Below, piece by piece: positions 8,460 through 16,614 of a stretch of 64,000 nucleotides of DNA (its first letter is position 1; each line of letters begins with the position of its first letter). The notes beneath the pieces were generated by a model. The model had not been told where the DNA came from. It saw only the letters and a list, made by a program, of their open reading frames with translations, and searched no databases. Origin of the DNA: Bacilli bacterium (GTDB taxonomy: Bacteria; Bacillota_I; Bacilli_A; RF39; UBA660). The translations under genes were made by a program, and so were the position numbers. The stretch is taken from assembly GCA_051872635.1 (NCBI GenBank), contig JBJEEA010000009.1, positions 7,513 through 71,512 of the forward strand. The letters are read 5' to 3'.

Positions 8460-8544
8460 CTTATTAATATTATGTAAGAAAGTGTTATTTATTATTCTCT
8501 ACTCTATATTTCAATTATAGCATAAGTAAAACACCTGTGCAATA

Positions 8545-8577
8545 ATAAATTGCTTACTATGATATACTTTTTCTTAC
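8545..8577 (-). promoter_or_regulatory. Promoter of the DUF433/DUF5615 moron.
   Basis: On the minus strand: TTGACT, 17 nt, TATCAT. It overlaps a CTTTTT..AAAAAG inverted repeat. Confidence 0.3.
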
Positions 8578-8611
8578 AAAAAGTCAATACATTTCTAAAA
8601 AAGAAAAAAGA

Positions 8612-8650
8612 AGTAGACTACTGCCTACTCCTTTACTGTTCACATCTGTT
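8612..8650 (-). terminator. Terminator after the endolysin gene.
   Basis: On the minus strand: AGTAG gcagtagt CTACT, followed by TCTTTTTTCTTTTTT. Confidence 0.4.
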
Positions 8651-8662
8651 TGGTGGTATTCG

Positions 8663-9589
8663 CTACTCAATTACTATCTGAAATTTAGTAGCAGGTACTC
8701 CCATTACTCCAGCATAACCATCTTGACCATTTGTTTTTTCATTATCGTATTGCCAATCATAATTATTAACTTTGTATTTGGCTTTCTTGTATGGTCTTAT
8801 ATCATCTGGCGTATAATAATAAACTTCTACTGCATCAATAATATCTTTACCATTGCCAGCAAAGCCACTATTAAAGTCATTAATGTTATATCCAGTTACA
8901 TAAGGAAGCCAATCCTTACCTTTTAAATGTACCCTATATTTAATAGATCCTTTGTCTACTCTAATTGCTAAACCAGTTATAGGACTATTCTCCCATCCTG
9001 CATAATCTTCTAGATTCTTAACTTCTGGAAGCCATCCGTGTTTTTGCGTTTTAACTCTGTAATAAACATTAACATTTTTATCTGAGACTTGATTTTGGGT
9101 ACCATTAAGTTTCGTTTCAATCATTTTAATAAATCTATCCCAGCCCATATCTAAAGTCCTGTGAGGGCAATATTTATTGGCATAGTCTTGATGTTTAGTT
9201 ACTCTGTCTATTCCCCAATTATATCTTTTTAGAATATCCACTATTAAATCAACTGCATTTTGTTCGGCTTTAATAAATCTATCTCCACCACTTTTAGAAT
9301 AACATATTTCTATTGCTATTCCTTCTCTGTTACCTTTACCGTTGCCATCTCCAGCATGCCAAGCATTACGATTTTCTTCAATACCTTGTACTATCTCTTT
9401 ATCATCAACAGCATAGTGAAAAGATACTTCATTATTGTTATTTGTCATATATGCTATTTCACTTCTTGCAGAAGCATCATTAGCTGTATTATGTACTACA
9501 ATCCTTGTAGGTTTCATGCTATAAGGGCACTTTATTCCAAATTTATTTTTTGGTACTATTTGTTTTACTATATTTACCATATTAATCAC
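8663..9589 (-). CDS. Endolysin: N-acetylmuramoyl-L-alanine amidase (PGRP/Amidase_2 type) with a C-terminal cell-wall-binding region.
   Basis: N-terminal PGRP-like amidase pattern (H..A...A.....H.....N..S.G.......YCP) and an aromatic-rich C-terminal domain. Positioned next to a holin gene. Confidence 0.8.
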   Translation of the reverse strand: MINMVNIVKQIVPKNKFGIKCPYSMKPTRIVVHNTANDASARSEIAYMTNNNNEVSFHYAVDDKEIVQGIEENRNAWHAGDGNGKGNREGIAIEICYSKSGGDRFIKAEQNAVDLIVDILKRYNWGIDRVTKHQDYANKYCPHRTLDMGWDRFIKMIETKLNGTQNQVSDKNVNVYYRVKTQKHGWLPEVKNLEDYAGWENSPITGLAIRVDKGSIKYRVHLKGKDWLPYVTGYNINDFNSGFAGNGKDIIDAVEVYYYTPDDIRPYKKAKYKVNNYDWQYDNEKTNGQDGYAGVMGVPATKFQIVIE

Positions 9590-9779
9590 TCTCTTTCTTA
9601 TTATTTAATGCAACAATTATTAAATTCATAACAGCACTTATACCACCTGATATTGCTCCTATTAACAATGATTTTATTACTGCTGGGCTACTAAAATCAC
9701 TTCCAGGTAGTGTTACTGCTAATGCACCCAAAAAACCTTGTAAAAAAGTTTTTCCAGCTCTAATTAATATATCTTTCAT
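9582..9779 (-). CDS. Holin.
   Basis: 65 aa with two hydrophobic helices and a charged C-terminus. Lies immediately upstream of the endolysin. Confidence 0.6.
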   Translation of the reverse strand: MKDILIRAGKTFLQGFLGALAVTLPGSDFSSPAVIKSLLIGAISGGISAVMNLIIVALNNKKESD

Positions 9780-9792
9780 TACTCATCACCTC

Positions 9793-10089
9793 TTACTTCA
9801 TTCCTAATTTCATAAATATAAATACTATTAAGCCACTTACTATAGCAGATACTATATATCCCCAAATTAAATCCATTTTTTTACTAGGCTTGTCCTCAAT
9901 AGCAAGAACTCTTTTATCAATCTTATTCATATCTTCTCTCATCATTTTCATTTCTGTCGCTATCTCACGAACCGATAAAGTTAAATTATGAATATCTTCC
10001 ACTTTATTTTCTAAATTATCAATTCTTTTAGTATTAGATTTACTTCTTTGCTCGACTTCGACTAGTTTTTCTAAATCTTCTCTTTCCAT
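9793..10089 (-). CDS. XhlA-like lysis-associated membrane protein.
   Basis: N-terminal coiled coil plus a single C-terminal transmembrane helix, about 98 aa. Lies upstream of the holin, as in PBSX xhlA. Confidence 0.5.
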   Translation of the reverse strand: MEREDLEKLVEVEQRSKSNTKRIDNLENKVEDIHNLTLSVREIATEMKMMREDMNKIDKRVLAIEDKPSKKMDLIWGYIVSAIVSGLIVFIFMKLGMK

Positions 10090-10109
10090 CTTATATTCCT
10101 TTCTAGTAC

Positions 10110-10382
10110 TTATTCTTGTATGTCATCTTGCCAATCTTTAAACAAGCCTTTTTTAGCCTCAAGATATATTTGTTCATATACTGATACATTTCTATCAATA
10201 GGACAACTTATATTTATCGTTTCTAATGGATCATATTCTTCTAAATCTTCTCTGGTTTTATGTATTTTCATTTCTGCTATTGCTAAATCGTTTTCTATTT
10301 CTATTCTGCCAACCATTGCATAAGCAGGAATAACATCTATATTTAATTTTTTACTTTTATAGCTATCTTTTTTTAATCCCAT
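10110..10382 (-). CDS. Hypothetical phage protein.
   Basis: ORF with coding-like periodicity. No recognisable motif. Confidence 0.4.
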   Translation of the reverse strand: MGLKKDSYKSKKLNIDVIPAYAMVGRIEIENDLAIAEMKIHKTREDLEEYDPLETINISCPIDRNVSVYEQIYLEAKKGLFKDWQDDIQE

Positions 10383-11407
10383 TATTCCTCAACTCCTTCT
10401 GTTACATGCCAAGCATTCCAAGTTATCTTTTTTGTACTGGTATTATATAAACCAAACCTTGAATAAATCTTCCACGGCTCGCTTATCGAATAATACTTTT
10501 GCGACCTTCGATATTGTGTAACTCCATTGACTGCGACATTATAATAGTATGAATTTAAAATATATAATTCTTTGTCAACATTACTTGTTATTCTGTAATC
10601 GCCATTTCCATTAAAACTATCTAAATAATTTCTTATTGTGTATGATGTAGTAATTGATGAATAATGAACATGATTTTTTAAAGCAAATAACGAATGACCT
10701 TGTGAAGATGTTAAAAACGATATCCAATCATTCCAACTATAAGTATCAGTATCTTCATCATAAAAGCCACTTCTGTAGTAAATATATTCGTATCCTTCTT
10801 CTGAACTGCAATAACTTTGACCTACTAAATAATCTCCGAGCCAAATTACATTAACATACCAAGTAAAATTATCGTAACTATCAACAAATCTATATTCCCC
10901 TTCTGAAGTCAAAGTTGATATAAATTCATTTACATCATCACTAAAATTAGATAAATCTATCTCTCCTAAGTCTCTTATAGCTCTCTTTGCTCCAATATTG
11001 GTTCTTGCTGTTGTTTTGTATATTTCATTTAAATTCTGATTTTGATTATACAATACGCAAGAGTTTGGTATTCCTATATTAGTTCTTGCTCGATTTTGTT
11101 GTGCTGTTGTCTTTGATTGTGTATTATAACTAACATAATTTGATAAATCATTATTAATATCTTCTATATCTTTAGAACTTGCAAAGCCAGTATGTCCCGA
11201 ATTTTCAAAATCAAGATTTTCTAGTTTTCTATGGTCTTTTTCAACAACTCTTAACACATCACTATCTATTTCTAAATCTTCAACCATACTTTCAAGTTCT
11301 ATATTAATTTTATTTATATCTATCTCGGCATTATTGTTATCAATATCTATACTTGTTGTAACATTATCTGCTTCAATATTTAATTCTTGACTATCAGTAT
11401 TTATCAT
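10382..11407 (-). CDS. Tail-fibre-associated protein with an internal repeated ARTNIG motif.
   Basis: 341 aa. Acidic N-terminal coiled segment and an aromatic/Tyr-rich C-terminal domain, as seen in receptor-binding tips. Sits in the tail-fibre block. Confidence 0.4.
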   Translation of the reverse strand: MINTDSQELNIEADNVTTSIDIDNNNAEIDINKINIELESMVEDLEIDSDVLRVVEKDHRKLENLDFENSGHTGFASSKDIEDINNDLSNYVSYNTQSKTTAQQNRARTNIGIPNSCVLYNQNQNLNEIYKTTARTNIGAKRAIRDLGEIDLSNFSDDVNEFISTLTSEGEYRFVDSYDNFTWYVNVIWLGDYLVGQSYCSSEEGYEYIYYRSGFYDEDTDTYSWNDWISFLTSSQGHSLFALKNHVHYSSITTSYTIRNYLDSFNGNGDYRITSNVDKELYILNSYYYNVAVNGVTQYRRSQKYYSISEPWKIYSRFGLYNTSTKKITWNAWHVTEGVEE

Positions 11408-11793
11408 TATAATTTATCCTCTACTTCAAATTCTTTTTCTTTTATGAGGTTTCCACAAAAAGTATCTTGTTTATACCAGTCAATAGCATATTTATATTTG
11501 CCTATTGGTAATCTGTCGCTTTCTTCTTTAGAAAAAGTTAAATTAATAGTATTGTTTTCTATATTTTCATAATTTTGGTCTACTATTTTTTCACTATTTC
11601 TATCTTTTTTTATATAAAAATTTAATTTATCATCTGCAGAAATTGTTATCCCATTAATTATTAATGGTAAAGTTAAACCATAATCTCCTTCAACCATTGA
11701 TAATTTATTACTTCCTTTATTTCTTAACATTTCTATCACTCTCCTTTTTAGTCTGTTGTTTTTGTATATTTTAAAACAATATTCTTTATCCAT
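11407..11793 (-). CDS. Hypothetical phage protein.
   Basis: ORF located in the tail-fibre block. Confidence 0.4.
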   Translation of the reverse strand: MDKEYCFKIYKNNRLKRRVIEMLRNKGSNKLSMVEGDYGLTLPLIINGITISADDKLNFYIKKDRNSEKIVDQNYENIENNTINLTFSKEESDRLPIGKYKYAIDWYKQDTFCGNLIKEKEFEVEDKL

Positions 11794-12194
11794 TGTTCAC
11801 CCCAACCAGTATCAGTCAAAAACATTATATTAGTATCATCTACTAAACAACATACTTTGTCCTCTCCTCCTCCATAAAGAATTATTGGTAAAGTATAAGT
11901 ATCATAATTAGTTGTTGCCCGAAAAAAAGAATTACTATAATCTATCCATATTTGGTCTATATCTTTTATGCCATGTTCTATAGTAACTTCGTTGCTTATA
12001 TTAGTTGTAAAAGTTAATCTTTTTGCATAAACTGTCTTGCCATTTATTTTTTCATTTGTTTTGATTTCTTGGCTATCTGCATAATCTACTATTATTTCGT
12101 CTAGTTTTTTCTTTAAAGTTTCACCATTATATTCAATATTTTCACTCTTTAGTATTAAATTGTTTTCTAAATCTACTAATGTTTTGTCTTGCAT
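11748..12194 (-). CDS. Tail-fibre-associated paralog A.
   Basis: N-terminal ~35 aa, including the LILKSENIEYNGETLKK segment, are shared with the neighbouring paralog. About 85 % nucleotide identity over roughly 100 bp. Confidence 0.5.
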   Translation of the reverse strand: MQDKTLVDLENNLILKSENIEYNGETLKKKLDEIIVDYADSQEIKTNEKINGKTVYAKRLTFTTNISNEVTIEHGIKDIDQIWIDYSNSFFRATTNYDTYTLPIILYGGGEDKVCCLVDDTNIMFLTDTGWGEQWIKNIVLKYTKTTD

Positions 12195-12219
12195 TAATTT
12201 TGTATTTAATTTATTTATT

Positions 12220-12693
12220 CTACTTCCATTTTCCTATTGCTAACAAATAAAAAAATCCTCCCGCCAAACTTGCGTTCCAATAAGTCATTATTCCTATCTT
12301 TTCAACATTGGTATTAGATATTTGTCCAGAACAGTATGACCATGTTCTTCTAGTAGAATTTTCACTCCTATTTGTAACTTGGACAAAAGGTGTAGAAATA
12401 AAAGGTTTTGGAAAAGTCCAGCCATCAAAATCTTTTAAAAACATGCTGCCATCATTTTCAAAATTTTCATCTACTGAATAGTCTCTGATTAAATAACAAA
12501 TCATAGTACCGTCAGCCCATTTAATCCAATTACCATTATCATTACTGCCACTTTCAATTACCTTATCTAAATAATTTTTTAAAGTTTCACCATTATATTC
12601 AACGTTCTCACTTTTTAATATTAAATTATCATTTAAATCTATTTTTGTTTTATTCATATTAATAGCATTATTTATTATGCTATTCTTCTCCAA
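12220..12693 (-). CDS. Tail-fibre-associated paralog B.
   Basis: Shares the N-terminal module (LILKSENVEYNGETLKN segment) with paralog A. Confidence 0.5.
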   Translation of the reverse strand: MEKNSIINNAINMNKTKIDLNDNLILKSENVEYNGETLKNYLDKVIESGSNDNGNWIKWADGTMICYLIRDYSVDENFENDGSMFLKDFDGWTFPKPFISTPFVQVTNRSENSTRRTWSYCSGQISNTNVEKIGIMTYWNASLAGGFFYLLAIGKWK

Positions 12694-13139
12694 CGGTAAA
12701 CAACTATTGATTTTTGTATGTTATTATGAGATTGTCCTCCACCAGTAGTGTCAGTTTGTAAATCACTAACTGTACTGCTTCCTGTTAAATTCCATTGTAT
12801 ATTATAACCTGTATTTCCGTTGCTTGAGAGTGAAACAGAAACCCCATTTTGATATTCTATTCCATTGTGTTTATGCTTGGGCATCTCATCAACAGTTAAT
12901 GTATGTGTACTTTCACCAATCTCCTTACCTATGGTATTGAAGTTAGAATCGTTAGAATCTATACAAACAGCAACTCTGCCTTGTCCATATAATTCCCATG
13001 TTCCAATATATCCATCATCACCTGGATTATTAGGATTAGTACTTTCTATTATGTCGCCTATTCTATAATAAGGTCTAGGATAAGCAGAATTACCATCTTT
13101 GTCATATAATTGAACTGGTATATCATTCATAGTAGTCAC
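12675..13139 (-). CDS. Phage tail collar domain protein.
   Basis: THTLTVDEMPKHKHNGIEY matches the tail-collar/MdpB motif. Confidence 0.6.
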   Translation of the reverse strand: MTTMNDIPVQLYDKDGNSAYPRPYYRIGDIIESTNPNNPGDDGYIGTWELYGQGRVAVCIDSNDSNFNTIGKEIGESTHTLTVDEMPKHKHNGIEYQNGVSVSLSSNGNTGYNIQWNLTGSSTVSDLQTDTTGGGQSHNNIQKSIVVYRWRRIA

Positions 13140-13263
13140 CTACCATTGAATCGAAAGAAGTAGAAGTATTATTTAAATTAAATACTTCCCTCCTTTCTTT
13201 GAGAAGAATTGCTAAATAATGCAACCCCCCCCCTCGTTAACCTACAATTTACTTTTTTCATTT
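13128..13263 (-). CDS. Possible 45-aa leader ORF spanning a G8 tract and overlapping the tail-collar gene start.
   Basis: ATG..(G)8..TGA ORF, MKKVNCRLTRGGLHYLAILLKERREVFNLNNTSTSFDSMVGDYYE, ending in ATGAATGA overlap with the collar gene start. Below the ORF-track size cut-off. Confidence 0.2.
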
Positions 13264-13281
13264 TATCAAATCCTTTCTTTT

Positions 13282-13485
13282 TTATGTATTACTTTCACTA
13301 TTATTTTCTGATACTTCTGTGTATGTTAAGGTTTTTGCTAATTTAGTATCAATACTATCTAGTTTCGTTTTAATTTCATTAAAATTAGTGATGATTTTAT
13401 CTTGAAATTCGTTCAACCATTCACTAGTAAATGGTGTTGTTGTATCTGGATAATCTTTAAATTCTTTTTTAGTTATTGTTTCCAC
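13282..13485 (-). CDS. Hypothetical phage protein.
   Basis: ORF between the tail spike and collar genes. Confidence 0.35.
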   Translation of the reverse strand: METITKKEFKDYPDTTTPFTSEWLNEFQDKIITNFNEIKTKLDSIDTKLAKTLTYTEVSENNSESNT

Positions 13486-16186
13486 TTATTTTCTCCTCCA
13501 ATTCTTTTATTTTACTTTCTAATTTTTCAATTATAATTTGTTGTTCTTTAATTGCTTGTAAGCATAATGATGTCATTGAATAATTATCGACACCTATTTC
13601 TTTACCATCATCATTTAAAGATGTAATTTCATGTGAATAATTATAATTATCTCCAATGATAAACCCTAAATGCTTTTTTCTTTCGTCCTTTTCTGATTTT
13701 AAATTATACCTATATATATCTGTCTTTTTAACCTCCTCAAGTGCATTTGTAAATTTTTCAAGATTTTTCTTATTGTTTTCCAAAGACGTTTGTGTTAAAG
13801 AACTACAAGAAACATTTCCATTACTATTTAAACTAATTACTTGTTCAATCCCATTTGAACCATCAGAACGAATGTCAAATTGCCCAGTTTTGTCATCTGG
13901 AAATGTTATTTCAAAGAAATTGGCATTATCATATGTTGCTGTTCTTATTTCAAAACCGCCATTATCTCGATTGTCAAAATCAAATTTTTCTGTTACATAT
14001 AATGAATTTAATACACTTCCATTTGTTCCAATTTTAACTAATATATTTCCTTGCTCGTTTTGAATATTTAGAAGTTTATCTATATAATTACTATTTATTT
14101 CAATTGTATATTCCTCGTTTGAATTATCGATTAAATTTTTTATAAGCATATAATCTACGGAACTGACTTTACCATCTTTGTTATAATCATAAAAAGTTTT
14201 TTCTTCATCTGTTAGAGTAGTCTCGCCCAGTATATATTTTCTTATCTTTTCTAAATCTTGCACTGTATATGAGATAACATTTTTCTTGTGTATTCCATAC
14301 AATTTATAATCTTGTATTTTAAATCCACCTATAGTACCACTTTTCGAAAAAATTTCTCCTTCTTTACTGACTGAAAAATTTGGACTTGTTATCTCTATTT
14401 GATCTGATTTTAAATTAAATTTTTTGTTTTTTATGTTTAATTTATCTGAGTCAATTTGAATTAAAGAACCATCTTCATTTTTTTCAGTACTCATGTTTAT
14501 TTGAGCTATAATGTTGTCTTTATCGGTTTTCTTTTCTAACTTTAAATCAATATTTTCTTCATTCATAACGATAGCAGAATTCATCTCTACTTTTGTTGTA
14601 AAAATATCAGTATATTCATTTTTTTTGGCATATTTCATTGTATAATTTAAATTAGGAAAGGACTTCATGTATATTTTGTTGTATCCTTCATTTAACTCAA
14701 TATTAACTAGTGAAAGGTTTTCTTTTGTTTCATCTTTTAAAGTGTATAAAGTTAAGTCATTATTGACTCCTATTCGTCGAATTATATAAGAACCGGTATC
14801 ATCAGTAATAAATTCATCATAAACATTATTTAAAGCATTTAATTTTCTTATGTTTGTTTCAATTTCTCTTTTGTTACCATCATTATCTTCAATAATCAAT
14901 TTAGAACTTTTGAAAAAAGTATTGCTTCCTAAAAAAGTCTTGCTAGAAGGCAAAAGTAATGATAAATCGCCTTTTATTGAGAAATAAATTGAGTTCCCTT
15001 TTACGGCATCTGTTATTTCTAAATAATTATTATTATTGATTGTGCTCGTTACATCTTTTAATACATTTACTTCGCCATTTAATTCGTTAATAGCAAGGCC
15101 AAGTTTTGTTGTTTCCTTTGATGTTTCGCTTGTTTGTTCTATTAAATCTATTATTGTTCCTTCTTGTTTATTAGCAGTTCTTTCTACTTTTAATAACCTA
15201 TTTTCTATACTAGCAGAATAAGAATACTCTGTTGATGTCTCATTAATTTCTTCTGAAGATAATGTAATTTCATAATTATCATCATCTGTAGGATCACCAC
15301 CTAAATAAGTAATTTTTTTACTCATTACATATGCAGTTAAATCATTTCCCCATATATCTTTATAGCTAACTTTTTGCCCTAATTTTATAGATAATTTATT
15401 TTCAACAGATTGTGTCCTCATATTGAATAATAAATAAGAAAAGCCTTTTACTCTGTCGTAAATTGGCTTTATAGTAGTATATCTTATATCATCACCAGAA
15501 ACTTGCGGATCTAATATATAATTATTATCAATTCTAAATTCAATAGGATTTGTTGGTAATGTTTCTGGCCATTTAACATTATCTTCTACATCTCCTCTAC
15601 CTAAAATAACTACATTAATTGAATTACTTAAATCTTTCTCTGTAGTAAGTTCAATCCAATCGTTAATTGTATGACTTGTACTTTCAAACCATTTGAAGTA
15701 AAAGATGTCGTCTTTATCAGTATATACAAAACTGCATCCAGCCTGTGCAATTTGGCTTATAACATTTCTATTACTAGGATTATCACCTACATATGGCTCC
15801 GAGTTTAAAGATAAATCACTATTTGGAAAATCTGAATTATCATATTCTACACCACAATTACTAAATATTGCATTTCGCCATTCTTTTAAAGTCATTGGCC
15901 ATGTATAAAGATTACTATCATATGGAGTATCCAATTTATATTTTATATCATAGCAAGAAAGTTTAATATTTACTTTTTCTTGTACTGGCTCAACATCATG
16001 AATATAAAAAGAACCATGAATTGTTTTAATCCATTGTCCCTTTAAAGAACTATATTCATTACTGTCATTTATCATTTGAATTGTAGCATTACCAAGTTCA
16101 CAAGTTCCAGCAATATTACCATCACTTATAGCTGTTGTTTCATATTCAAAATTCTGAATTACTTTATCATCATAATTTTCTATCAT
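13469..16186 (-). CDS. Tail spike / tail-associated protein (905 aa). Carries a dockerin-like Ca-binding motif and a C-terminal peptidase-S74-type intramolecular chaperone domain.
   Basis: Large protein following the tape measure protein. DYNKDGKVSSVDYMLIKNLI fits a dockerin/EF-hand-like repeat. The C-terminus (...GVDNYSMTSLCLQAIKEQQIIIEKLESKIKELE) resembles the self-cleaving chaperone of phage tail spikes. Confidence 0.65.
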   Translation of the reverse strand: MIENYDDKVIQNFEYETTAISDGNIAGTCELGNATIQMINDSNEYSSLKGQWIKTIHGSFYIHDVEPVQEKVNIKLSCYDIKYKLDTPYDSNLYTWPMTLKEWRNAIFSNCGVEYDNSDFPNSDLSLNSEPYVGDNPSNRNVISQIAQAGCSFVYTDKDDIFYFKWFESTSHTINDWIELTTEKDLSNSINVVILGRGDVEDNVKWPETLPTNPIEFRIDNNYILDPQVSGDDIRYTTIKPIYDRVKGFSYLLFNMRTQSVENKLSIKLGQKVSYKDIWGNDLTAYVMSKKITYLGGDPTDDDNYEITLSSEEINETSTEYSYSASIENRLLKVERTANKQEGTIIDLIEQTSETSKETTKLGLAINELNGEVNVLKDVTSTINNNNYLEITDAVKGNSIYFSIKGDLSLLLPSSKTFLGSNTFFKSSKLIIEDNDGNKREIETNIRKLNALNNVYDEFITDDTGSYIIRRIGVNNDLTLYTLKDETKENLSLVNIELNEGYNKIYMKSFPNLNYTMKYAKKNEYTDIFTTKVEMNSAIVMNEENIDLKLEKKTDKDNIIAQINMSTEKNEDGSLIQIDSDKLNIKNKKFNLKSDQIEITSPNFSVSKEGEIFSKSGTIGGFKIQDYKLYGIHKKNVISYTVQDLEKIRKYILGETTLTDEEKTFYDYNKDGKVSSVDYMLIKNLIDNSNEEYTIEINSNYIDKLLNIQNEQGNILVKIGTNGSVLNSLYVTEKFDFDNRDNGGFEIRTATYDNANFFEITFPDDKTGQFDIRSDGSNGIEQVISLNSNGNVSCSSLTQTSLENNKKNLEKFTNALEEVKKTDIYRYNLKSEKDERKKHLGFIIGDNYNYSHEITSLNDDGKEIGVDNYSMTSLCLQAIKEQQIIIEKLESKIKELEEKISGNNN

Positions 16187-16602
16187 GAATTAACATCCCC
16201 ATATCCGGAAAACTCAATAGTAAACTCATTATATATAATATTGTCTGTGTTATTATCTTTTGGAATAGTGTCTACTGTTGGATTAGGTTTCTTAGCATAA
16301 AACTCTCTAGTAACATAAGTATTTAAATATTTTTCAAAATAATAAATATTTATTTTTACAAGTCTTAATAATTTTAATAGTGGATATAATTCAGCCTGAG
16401 TAAGTTTTTTCTTTATTGGAAGTGTTGCAGCAGGTACTTCAGCACACCTAACACGACTTAAATACCCATTTAATTTTCCTCTTTCAGCACTTGCCTCTAA
16501 ATCGTTTAAAGAAGGAGCATAAGTCCCTTTTTCAAGCCATTCCCATGGAATTTCAAAATAATCTGTACTATCTTTAGGATTTATTATTTTAATTTTATTC
16601 AT
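16183..16602 (-). CDS. Tail component (possible distal tail protein).
   Basis: Sits between the tape measure protein and the large tail protein. Confidence 0.4.
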   Translation of the reverse strand: MNKIKIINPKDSTDYFEIPWEWLEKGTYAPSLNDLEASAERGKLNGYLSRVRCAEVPAATLPIKKKLTQAELYPLLKLLRLVKINIYYFEKYLNTYVTREFYAKKPNPTVDTIPKDNNTDNIIYNEFTIEFSGYGDVNS

Positions 16603-16614
16603 ATACTCACACTC

